64,000 bases of DNA, from positions 186,001 through 250,000 of the forward strand of contig NIVC01001356.1 in the NCBI GenBank assembly GCA_002269645.1, written 5' to 3'. The translations under genes were made by a program, and so were the position numbers. The stretch is from Macrostomum lignano. Taxonomy: Eukaryota. The notes beneath the pieces were generated by a model. That model saw only the letters and a list, made by a program, of their open reading frames with translations. It was not told the DNA's origin and searched no databases. Below, one piece after another: positions 1 through 29,249 of this stretch (position 1 is its first letter; the number at the start of each line of letters is the position of its first letter).

Positions 1-355
1 GACGCCCACCACCCCATTGTGACTGCCAATAGCAATAGTGAGGTTTTATTGCGTTACTGACGACACCCACCACCCCATTTTGACTGCCAATAGCAATTGC
101 AATAGTGTCTATATAGTGAGGTTTTATTGCGTTAGGGAGGACGCCCACCACCCCATTGTGACTGCCAATAGCAATTGCAATAGTGTCTATATAGTGAGGT
201 TTTATTGCGTTAGGGAGGACGCCCACCACCCCATTGTGACTGCCAATAGCAATAGTGAGGTTTTATTGCGTTACTGACGACACCCACCACCCCATTTTGA
301 CTGCCAATAGTAATTGCAATAGTGTCTATATAGTGAGGTTTTATTGCGTCAGGGT
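1..355. repeat. Intronic tandem repeat, 59-79-bp units
   Basis: GACGCCCACCACCCCATT...GTGAGGTTTTATTGCG recurs at 1, 61, 140, 219 and 278. Confidence 0.9.
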
Positions 356-435
356 GGACGACCATTGGTCAGTTTTATTTAAGTTTGCACTAGAATTTTC
401 AGCTTAAAACTAAATAATCGCCTTAGACTACTTAC

Positions 436-19591
<19,156 letters not shown>

Positions 19592-20249
19592 TGTTTGTTT
19601 TGCTTCTTTTAAGCAGATGCTAATATAAACACAAATCCTCTAGTAGTTTGCTAAAAAGAAGAAATCAACCCGATCCCTTATGCAACAAAGCGAGTTGTTA
19701 GAGTTGTGCACTGAGCTGGCAATCCCCCATTTTTATCCATATGTCCCAACAGTGTATCCGGGTACTGGCGTACTGAATCTCTCCCCAGTTTCTCTCCCCT
19801 CCCTTCCCTTTCTCTCAGCCTCCCTATAGCGCCATCCCTGCCTCTTAGCCAATCCACTTTGCTGGCTGGGGCGCATTGTGAAAGGGGTCAGGGCTGCACT
19901 GAATAACTCTGCAGCCTTAAGCACTGATGCTGCTTATAGGTTGTCCAAGCAGAAAGCAATTGTCTGATTGCCTGTTTATTGTCATCAGTTGCTGCACTTG
20001 CAACCCTACTGTAGTACATAATAGCTCTGCTCAAGCATTCAACATCGCCTTTTTTGGGATTGAGATGATTAACGCACAATATTCGCATGTAGTTCACTCA
20101 GCGAATCGATTAAGGGTTCCTGAAACTGTGGAAGGTTTTCGGCTCAGGGTTGGTAACAGGCCATTATATACCGGGTGATATAGGAAGGATATCGGATGAG
20201 ATAGGGAGCATAAAGGGTTAGACAGGAGAGACAAGTGAGAGACAAGAGA

Positions 20250-20815
20250 ATGGGTGAGACAAGAGAGATACCGGATAAGACATGAGAGATACCGGGTGAG
20301 ACAAGAGAGATACCGGGTGAGACAAGAGAGATACCGGGTGAGACATGAGAGATACCGGATAAGACATGAGAGATACCGGGTGAGACAAGAGAGATACCGG
20401 GTGAGACATGAGAGATACCGGGTGAGACAAGAGAGATACCGGATAAGACATGAGAGATACCGGATAAGACATGAGAGATACCGGGTGAGACAAGAGAGAT
20501 ACCGGGTGAGACATGAGAGATACCAGGTGAGACAAGAGAGATACCGGGTGAGACATGAGAGATACCGGGTGAGACAAGAGAGATACCGGATAAGACATGA
20601 GAGATACCGGGTGGGACAAAAGAGATACCGGGTGAGACAAAAGAGATACCGGGTGAGACCATACAGAAGAGATACCGGGTGAGACCATACAGAATAGATA
20701 CCGGGTGAGACCATACAGAATAGATACCGGGTGAGACCATACAGAATAGATACCGGGTGAGACCATACAGAATAGATACCGGGTGAGACCATACAGAATA
20801 GATACCGGGTGAGAC
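20250..20815. repeat. 21-bp and 26-bp related minisatellites (GATACCGGGTGAGAC core)
   Basis: Visible. Confidence 0.92.
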
Positions 20816-21460
20816 AAGGTTGAGAGATACTGCATGGGTTTAAAAATGAGAGATACCGGGTTGAATTGAAACAGGGGAGATACCTGTGAATGAGAGAAAC
20901 TCCGATAAAACAAAGACCAGTGCAAAACAGTAAAAGTACATATACATACATTTTACACGGTAATTTCAAAGATCGTATAATATGGGAAAGAAATTGGCTC
21001 AATCAAGACAATTTGCAGTCTGCTCTAACTTGAGGTGTTACAGTGCCAATGAGAAGGAATTGTAGCTAGCTAGTGCAGAAGACTGTGAAGCATCAATAGA
21101 GAAATCCTACAGAGTGCTAGACGACGCGCCTTAATTCTCTCGAGCATATAGGGGCTAAACTGCATTTTTCTACTGATGCATGGTTGAATATTGTATACGC
21201 TTGGTTAATTAGCAAACTAATTAATGAGAAGCAATTAGCAGCAATATTTGCGGTACTTATGACTTATGGTTGAGTGAATTTAATGGTATTTACGATCTAC
21301 ACGTGTAGATATGTAGATACACATATATGGAATTAGAATTTGTACGTGTAGGTAGGAATTCAGGTCGTCAGCTCTACATTCAATTACATGTAATAGGGGG
21401 ACAGTGTATTGTTGGTTGTGTGTGGCAATGCTGCATACAATCAAATGTTTCATGTAGGTG

Positions 21461-22031
21461 TCAAATGTTTTAGAATAATGTGTTGGGGGGGTGTGCCCCT
21501 CTGACTATGATCGTTGATGTTTCTGTTGAATCAAATAAGTCGGAGGTTCGATTTGTTTCTCTCGATCTCTAACCTTCAACAAGATGTTTATTACTAATCA
21601 ATGTTAGTAGCAATTCCTAATAGGATATTGATCACGCAATTACGCAAATTTGTTAAGCAATTCAGTGAAAATGGAGCCACAGGCTACTTATCGATATTGT
21701 TGCACGAATTGACGTTTGTCCGGATTTATCTCTGTTAAATCGGGATATTAGAGTTCAGGCCCGATTGTTGGGGCAAGCTAGCGGAGCAGTTGAGGAGGCA
21801 AAGAGGCGGAGACCCGAGAACCGGGAAAAACTGGAGAGAGGCTTCATTCTCACTGAACGCTAGTATATATATGATTTCTATAACGCATTTCATTGGTGTT
21901 CGCTTCACGCAATAGGATCTTTACTGGTGCACAAGCATGTGCTGTACTTTCCTGATAGAGAAACCTTCTGAAGTTCGCATTAGACTAAAAAATAACATTG
22001 GGCATAACATGCTTAAATTAAGATCACTTCA
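21461..22031 (-). repeat. 3' LTR
   Basis: Direct repeat of 28514-29084; preceded on the minus strand by GTGAAATAAGGGCAA (PPT-like, 22032-22046). Confidence 0.93.
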
Positions 22032-22712
22032 TTGCCCTTATTTCACAAAGCGAAGGCCCACCGAGCGGCATAAGCAAAAGAAAACAGGTGTTGGATTATT
22101 AGTGAAGTTGTAACTAATGCTACTTGCATACGAGGCGCAAGGTGTAGGCTAGAGAAAGTGGATAAAGTGGTGAGTAAAATGGTGAAAATAAGCATAGAGC
22201 ATGGCTTAGGAAAGGGTCTTAAATATTAGAGTAAAGCTGTTGAAACCAAAGTTAAATGAACAGAGGAATAGCAAGGAGGATAAAATAAGTTTCAAAAGTG
22301 GCTTATTAAAGGGTTTGCTAAAACAGACAAAGACAGATAAAACAGAGAATTTTCAGATGGACGAAAATAGGCAACAAGTAAAGTTAGAGGTATAAATAAA
22401 ATTGAGTAAAGGACAGTCAAACGAAATTGAGATTATTAAAGAAACGACTGGGACGCAAGGTGAAAAAGAAAGCTATTTTTAATCAAGGGTGTGGAATGTA
22501 CATTGTACGTGGGGTCGAAGAGATTATTGGCTTGGGGTGGGTGTTCGTAGAGCGCGTGAGTGTACACTGAAGCTAATTCAAAGGAAAGGATGGAGTCGCG
22601 TGGTATAAATAAGATAAAAAACGATAGGGAGGGAATTTTCTAGTTCAGGTTTTGTCCGCAATTGTTTTTAAGTTTCGATATAGCTCGTTTATCATTCAAG
22701 TTAGATTAGTCA

Positions 22713-22967
22713 ATGGCAGGTCTGTCTTTGGGAAGAGAGCAAATTACAGAGATCGCGGCTGGTATTCTCCAGGGGCGTCACGCGTATTTCATTTCCATCA
22801 GCGCGGTCGTCGCCATCATGCTGCTGCTGCTGTTACTGCTAGTGGCGGCGTTTGTAGCCTGCTGTTGTTGCTGCAAGTGTTGTTGCTGCTTTGGCGGCTG
22901 CAGCCGCTGTTGTCGCGCACCATTGCGGCCCGCTGCAACTGCCCGTGTCCAGGAGACTGCGGTGTAA
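22713..22967 (+). CDS. Putative 84-aa single-pass membrane protein with juxtamembrane Cys cluster, antisense within the LTR element
   Basis: ATG...TAA; about 26-aa hydrophobic segment followed by CCCCCKCCCCFGGCSRCCR; TATAAATA at 22604-22611; AATAAA near 23453 and 23489. Confidence 0.5.
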   Translation: MAGLSLGREQITEIAAGILQGRHAYFISISAVVAIMLLLLLLLVAAFVACCCCCKCCCCFGGCSRCCRAPLRPAATARVQETAV

Positions 22968-23788
22968 CTGCACAGTTGGTCTGCCAAGTCTTCTGCGTCC
23001 TTTGGGCGCCAACGTCAAAACGGCCTTTTTCAAGGCCACCACGTGTCAGATAGTGCTGTTCGTCTTAGTTTTGTTGCAGCCAGTAGGGTTTCTGTAGTCA
23101 GGCCGGTGTCGTAGTTCGTAGTTAGCCGTAGTTGTCGGTAGCAGGCATGTATTCTGTTAATTCTGAGCATAGCAGGTTGTTTCCAAGTAGTAGATAGGGC
23201 TGGGCAGTGGGCCGGGTTGGTGTTGAACAGAGTCGAAGCTGAATTTCGGTCAGGGCAGCGTGTAGAGCCGGATTGCAGTGTAGAGCGGGACGGCTGTGTA
23301 GATCCGGGTAACGCGTGGTCTTACAAAAGACCGAATAGGGATTATGAGGTGACGAAAGAAAAGATCATTGAGTTCACGTGGGTGAGCAAGAGTAGAGAAG
23401 ATGGTTCTGATAAATTTTTTCAAGGGTGAGTGATAGTAATTAAAGGTAAGCAAATAAAATGTAGGGCTAAAGCGTTTGACGACAACAGAATAAAACAAAA
23501 ATTTTGATAAGAGTGTTGAGAACTGACATTTCTACTGTGAGTAGCAAAAGAGTAGCGTATTGTCAAGGAAATTATCTAACGAAGATAGATAAGTTGAAGC
23601 GGAAAATGATAAATTGCGATTTAAGAGGAAGAAAGATATAATATATAATTATAAAACTAATAGAAATAATATAAACGGAAATAATTTTCAAAACGTATCG
23701 ATAATCAACTGTCCATCGATAATCAACTGCCGCGTATTGATTCACACATCCCGTGAGCGCAGATGATATCGCACAGCTGGAATAGGTT

Positions 23789-26566
23789 CTAGTCCGTGCT
23801 GATCACGAGTGTCAGGCTCATCCACGACGTCAGTCTGAGTAGCGTGATGCTGTGCCAGTGGCGGGTGGTGGTCGAAGTGAGTCTGTGGTATCGATGATGT
23901 GAAGTTCGGCAGATTGAGTTCCAGATTGATTTATAGCGTTTCATGTTGTCAAAGGTTTTCTCAATAATGCAGCCTTGAGATGAATAGCTACAGTGTGCCA
24001 TGGAGAAGGCTAACGATTCCATTGGTTTGCTAGGAGAGGCGAAAGCTATTATCCCTTGTATGAGTGTTGAAACTATTTGAGTTCGTGCCTTGCGATGGTA
24101 ACAGTCTTCGAGGAAGGAGGTTCCTGTATTGGAGCGAGAGATTTTGTAGTTTCCAGTGGTGGCAACCAGTTGAAGCTGACCATCAGGTGAGTTATATGAT
24201 TCGGTCCAATGTTGGCAATCTTGTGCGGCGACTGTAAGTGGGCGTAAGGTTACGTACGCATCACGGAGAGAGCGCAGAACCTGGCTCATTGGGAGGCAAT
24301 TAACCGAGATTTCCTCACGGAAGCATAAGCTGACTGGTGTTCTGGTTTGCTCCAGGTTAGTAGAGTAGAGCTGTAAGTGCACTGGTGTCGTAACGTCCTG
24401 TGACGACGTGAACTGTTCGCATCTGATCTGCTGAGGAATCTTGAAGATGCGCACGGGTCCATCTAATGGACAGAGCATTGGTGTGTCCACGTAGAGTGGA
24501 TGTTGCTTAGGATTCGATGGCAGTGGTGTTGTCTGCACCGTCGGGAATAGCGATAGCCAGATGAGTGTCACGAGAAGCGTCGTTAGACCAGTTAGTCGAC
24601 GTCCTTTCTGCTGAGACAGTGGTCTTTTTACGTGTACCTGCTGTCGCTGGGCACGTAGCATATCTTTTCTTAGCTTTGGTTGAGCGGCTGATAGCGTAGT
24701 GTACGGTTGAACGTGGATGACTGACAGTGTAGATGGACTGTCGCGGATTAATTTCTTAAACTGCCTGGTCGAGCCATGGAACTTGTACTCAATTGGTCTG
24801 TCCAAAGCATAGGTTGGAGTAGCCGTTGATTTTGACACAGGAACCTCAGTGAGACGCTGTGGAGCACTGGGTGTGCTGTTCGGTGGCACAATTTGTTGAG
24901 GCGAGTCCATAGTCGGCAGTTGTGGCATGGGGTCGTTCGAGACAACCTGAATTGAGTTTACACCGGCTGCAGGAGGGCGCGGTGACGGTGTTCTGGAACG
25001 TCCGTGGTTTGGTGAATCAGAGTGGCGTTCCCGTTGATATCGTTGAGTGGGGTTGCGCTGAAATTGTACGCGCCGGCCTAGATTATACCGCTGTGGGTTA
25101 TTGTTTGTTGTTCTCCCCTGTTTAATATCGTGTAGGGTACGACATTCTTCGGTATCATGGGTGTCCGAGTTGTGAAAGTGGCAGTATTTGGCTGGAGAGC
25201 CTGTGTCTCGGCTGCGAGGATCATCGGAGCCTCGTCTGTACCGGTCTTGAATCGGTTGATTGCGTGTCCACTTAGAGTCAGCCTGTCTTGGTTGTCTAGC
25301 ATTGGCAGTTTGTTGGCGTGCATTTCGAGGATCCTGGTAGCATCGATCTGTTGTGTGTCCAATCCTGTGGCAGAATTTGCACGTTGGTGGTTCTCTAGTA
25401 TTGCTAGCGCCTTGAATAGCCGCTACTATTGGCTTGGGCTTGATGGTTCCACATTCTAAGGCAGCAAGGCGTTTTTCTATATCGGCCGGAACGTTGTTTG
25501 GGGCCGTTAATTGTGAAGACTGCTGTATTTGTTCAAGGCGAATGGCCTGGTTGAGCAGCTGTTGTTCGGTATTCAGCGGGTTTCGCAGTAGTTCAACGCG
25601 AAGGTGAGGTAGAGCGCCACTTAGTATATGGCCGATCAATGTTTTGTTAAACATTTCATTTCGTTGGTCAATGACCGCTTGGTTAGCCGGTGCATTTTCG
25701 CCATCCACGGGTGGTAGTGGCGAGACTTCTGGGTAAATGGCACGAAGTTTGCGGCGAATGTCCGTGTAGTACTGGATGAATGGCTCACCCGGGAGTTGTC
25801 GGCGGTTGGCGATGTGATGTAGTGCCGAAGTGGATCCGAGAGTGAGTACCGCTATTCTGTCGGACAGAGACCGAACTAATTGGGTGTAGTCATTTTGTGT
25901 CTCGGCGGGTAGAGCGGCATATTCGATCTTTAGGAGATCGTTGAGGAGCCGAGGAAAGATGCGAAGCTTTGAGTTTTCATCTAGATTAAAAGTTCTCGCT
26001 GATAGATCATACTCCATGATGAAAGAGGCAAAATCATGAAGTTGATCTATCTCCTTGAGACCTTCGCGGATCTCGTTGATGGTACTAGCTGGGATTGCAG
26101 CGTGTGGTCTTTGTTGATCTCGCACAGCATTGATAAATTGTTGCATTAGTGCTTCTGCCATTGTAACGTTGCTCTCAGTTTCCTGGATATTGGCGTTATT
26201 TTGATTCAAATGATCAGGTTGCAGAAGTGGCTGTGGAGGATTTTGTTCTTGTTGCTGCTCGTACAACTCAGAAGGTTGTTCTTCGTCTCTGGTGCCGATG
26301 GCAGTGTTTTCTTGATGGAGGCCAGGTAGATGGCAAAATGTAGCTGGGGTAGCTGTTTGTGTTAGTTGCTGTTGGGTGTCGTCAGTATGGTGTCCTCCAA
26401 TGCCAGTAGAATGTCCACCAATACCAGTAGAATGTCCACAAATGCCAGTAGAATCACCAGAAATATCAATAGGATTTTCAGCGACACCGGCAGAATTTGG
26501 TGTGGATATTGCAGGCGGCTCTTGTTGTTGTTGTTGTCCGAGTTGGGTACCAGAACGCAATTTCAT
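23789..26566 (-). CDS. 925-aa Gag-(linker)-signal peptide-viral glycoprotein-like fusion; Env part appears truncated
   Basis: MKLRSG start; Gypsy capsid-like core (RRQLPGEPFIQY); zinc knuckles CKFCHRIGHTTDRC (25340-25381) and CHFHNSDTHDTEEC (25142-25183); no D(T/S)G, YxDD or integrase motifs; hydrophobic LTTLLVTLIWLSLFPTVQT at about aa 660-680; then a Cys-rich domain (PMLC, DCQHW, SPDGQL, HCSYSSQGC). Confidence 0.85.
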   Translation of the reverse strand: MKLRSGTQLGQQQQQEPPAISTPNSAGVAENPIDISGDSTGICGHSTGIGGHSTGIGGHHTDDTQQQLTQTATPATFCHLPGLHQENTAIGTRDEEQPSELYEQQQEQNPPQPLLQPDHLNQNNANIQETESNVTMAEALMQQFINAVRDQQRPHAAIPASTINEIREGLKEIDQLHDFASFIMEYDLSARTFNLDENSKLRIFPRLLNDLLKIEYAALPAETQNDYTQLVRSLSDRIAVLTLGSTSALHHIANRRQLPGEPFIQYYTDIRRKLRAIYPEVSPLPPVDGENAPANQAVIDQRNEMFNKTLIGHILSGALPHLRVELLRNPLNTEQQLLNQAIRLEQIQQSSQLTAPNNVPADIEKRLAALECGTIKPKPIVAAIQGASNTREPPTCKFCHRIGHTTDRCYQDPRNARQQTANARQPRQADSKWTRNQPIQDRYRRGSDDPRSRDTGSPAKYCHFHNSDTHDTEECRTLHDIKQGRTTNNNPQRYNLGRRVQFQRNPTQRYQRERHSDSPNHGRSRTPSPRPPAAGVNSIQVVSNDPMPQLPTMDSPQQIVPPNSTPSAPQRLTEVPVSKSTATPTYALDRPIEYKFHGSTRQFKKLIRDSPSTLSVIHVQPYTTLSAAQPKLRKDMLRAQRQQVHVKRPLSQQKGRRLTGLTTLLVTLIWLSLFPTVQTTPLPSNPKQHPLYVDTPMLCPLDGPVRIFKIPQQIRCEQFTSSQDVTTPVHLQLYSTNLEQTRTPVSLCFREEISVNCLPMSQVLRSLRDAYVTLRPLTVAAQDCQHWTESYNSPDGQLQLVATTGNYKISRSNTGTSFLEDCYHRKARTQIVSTLIQGIIAFASPSKPMESLAFSMAHCSYSSQGCIIEKTFDNMKRYKSIWNSICRTSHHRYHRLTSTTTRHWHSITLLRLTSWMSLTLVISTD

Positions 26567-28502
26567 GCAATGATCTGTGGAATGGGTTTACTTCGAGTGG
26601 TCTTGCAATTAAGAGTTGAAAATAATTCGCAATTTTGTAACAATAAAGATTTGAAATAGCGTGAAGCAATAGCATCTGAGCGTGATTTGCGGTCATCTAT
26701 CCAGGGTCAGTTTTTTGTTTTATATAAGCAAATTTTCAATATGTAGAGCTTCGGTAGCTGTAGTATCAATTATCAAAAGTGTGAGTTTAGAGCAATTTTG
26801 AGCAAGTGTTGAACAGTTGTATAAAGTAGAACTGAGTAGAGTCGGCTGATGCGCCTGTACTAATTATAATATAGCTCAGCGGTGGAGCGGTTAAAATATT
26901 TCATAGAAGCAGCAAGAAAAGCTGAGCCTCATCCTTGGATTGAGTTTGATTAGAATTTGAACAGATTTCGGTAGAAGATTCAGCGGAGGCGGCAATGTGC
27001 GCGTTGATTGATGCCTTTGAGATTGAACGGATTGGCGTTGAAAACTCAGCTGGTGAGTTGTGGTTAAGATGCCAGCGGATGTGGCGATGCGTGTTGAGTA
27101 CGCGATTTGAATTTGTTGTAAAAGGAACGAAAGAGACTCTGCAGAAGTCTGTGGAAGCAAGGCAGAGGCGTATGAGTGGCGTGCCAAAACTTCAAACTTG
27201 GAACACGATGAGCATGAACCAAGCACCAGTCCTGGGTTTAAGTGTGTAATTGACAAATAGATTCGGCCGACTAAAATAGAATTATTATTACCTGAAGGCA
27301 GGTGTAGAGGTCCTGTGTATAGGACAAATTGCCGCGGGCTTATCGCTGCTAATCATGAAGAAATGATGTGGCTGCTTGAAATTGAGAAACAAGGAATAGG
27401 GAATAGGAGAGGGTGGGTAGCAATCACAGCGTAATTTTTATTTTGTTTTGAGAAATTTTGAACGACTGCGAAGGCTAAAGGGCTGGTGTATGGGTAGACG
27501 AGGGTGGTAGGTTGTACTTTGCGGAGAAGGAAAGCGGATTGTAGTATAAATAAGAGCTTGGGACGGAAATTATTCCCATTAGAGAACAATGGGGGTTTCT
27601 GATGGGAAAGCCCAAGGAGGGGGAGCAGCCATTGAAAAAAAATGAATTCCCTGGGGTAAGAGAAGATTGAGAGTACTGAGAGTGTCGCACCGGTGTGACA
27701 GAATCATTCTCCCTCACTTTCTATCCCTGAGGATGAGAATTGCAGCGGAGAGAAGAGCTGGAGCGGATCACAGCTGAATTGTGGTAGGGCGTTGAGCCAA
27801 CTGAGTGAGGCGCGGAGCCGATAGGGCGTTTTAGCCAACTGAGTGAGGCGAACTGAGGCCAGTTGAGGCTGGTTTGTGAACTGATGCAGACCGGAATGGA
27901 ACTAGAATTTCCAGAAGACGAAAAACGATGCAGATCTGCTGTGAACCAGCCGGAGTAAAGGCGGAATTCTCCGGACGAGAACTGGTTTTGCGAGGCTAAA
28001 AATAGAAAAAGGATTGAGACAATGCTGGTTGCCTGGTTGGGATTTGTCGCCCAGGCAGGATATTTATAGAACAGAGTGAGATTGTGGAGAAAGAGCAAGG
28101 TGAACTTGACGTTCTTTGAGGTGAGGCGAGCAAAGTACTCGGAGAAAGTATATCAGAAGGGCGTAAATAGTGGGAATGGGTGGATTCCCATCGGAACCGG
28201 TTTGAGGACTGGTTCGCTGCTGGTTCTCCGAAGCGGGAGAGCGATTAGAGGTTGTAAATTTAAGAACATTAAATAACACTAATCTTTTCTACGATTCTAC
28301 AGCTTGGGAGAATCATACACGTAGTATTTTTGTAGTTTTGCAAATTGTATTGGTTTTTATATTTTGTAATTTTTTAATTTTTATATTTTTTACTGACCCT
28401 TTCTAAGATGCCATCACTAGCTCATAGCCAGCTCCACGGAGGTGTTCACCCCAGCATATTGAAGCCGGGCATGTTGAAGGAAATTACGGAGAGAAACAAG
28501 GT

Positions 28503-28512
28503 CGGGGAGCCA
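28503..28512 (-). promoter_or_regulatory. Primer-binding site TGGCTCCCCG, complementary to the tRNA-Asp(GTC) 3' end
   Basis: 1 nt after the 5' LTR. Eukaryotic tRNA-Asp ends ...CGGGGAGCCA; 10-nt match. Confidence 0.75.
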
Positions 28513-28513
28513 G

Positions 28514-29084
28514 TCAAATGTTTTAGAATAATGTGTTGGGGGGGTGTGCCCCTCTGACTATGATCGTTGATGTTTCTGTTGAATCAAATAAGTCGGAGGT
28601 TCGATTTGTTTCTCTCGATCTCTAACCTTCAACAAGATGTTTATTACTAATCAATGTTAGTAGCAATTCCTAATAGGATATTGATCACGCAATTACGCAA
28701 ATTTGTTAAGCAATTCAGTGAAAATGGAGCCACAGGCTACTTATCGATATTGTTGCACGAATTGACGTTTGTCCGGATTTATCTCTGTTAAATCGGGATA
28801 TTAAAGTTCAGGCCCGATTGTTGGGGCAAGCTAGCGGAGCAGTTGAGGAGGCAAAGAGGCGGAGACCCGAGAACCGGGAAAAACTGGAGAGAGGCTTCAT
28901 TCTCACTGAACGCTAGTATATATATGATTTCTATAACGCATTTCATTGGTGTTCGCTTCACGCAATAGGATCTTTACTGGTGCACAAGCATGTGCTGTAC
29001 TTTCCTGATAGAAAAACCTTCTGAAGTTCGCATTAGACTAAAAAATAACATTGGGCATAACATGCTTAAATTAAGATCACTTCA
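28514..29084 (-). repeat. 5' LTR (TGAAGTG...CATTTGA in element orientation)
   Basis: Direct repeat of 21461-22031; followed on the minus strand by the PBS. Confidence 0.93.
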
Positions 29085-29249
29085 GGTGACAATTCAATTA
29101 ACTGCATGTGGGAAACTATATGCGGGCAGTGTGTGTAGCTTGCTTGCATCTCAGGCCGGGGCTCCAACCCGCTGTGATTTTTTATTGGGTAAGGCGCTCT
29201 GCCTGTGTAAGTGCTGTATGCATATAGTGCCGCGTCTTGGGGGATTTCA

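Larger units (their letters stand above)
21461..29084 (-). mobile_element. Non-autonomous Gypsy-type LTR retroelement encoding a Gag-Env-like fusion and no pol, 7624 bp
   Basis: Two 571-bp LTRs differing at the 2 positions I found, 4-bp TSD GGTG (21457-21460, 29085-29088), PBS and purine-rich PPT-like tract on the minus strand, 925-aa ORF. Confidence 0.9.

Noticed and set aside
20880-20950. MYVYVLLLFCTGLCFIG as the FSTL signal peptide
   Set aside because: Wrong splice phase; 19591-19510 gives a better signal peptide with a correct donor.
21750-21965. Both LTR differences are G/A in a GA context, suggesting deaminase editing
   Set aside because: Only two sites, and on the element's sense strand they are C/T, not the G-to-A signature.
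26870-26892. TAGCTCAGCGGTGGAGCG, resembling a tRNA A-box/D-arm
   Set aside because: No B-box, anticodon arm or acceptor stem nearby.
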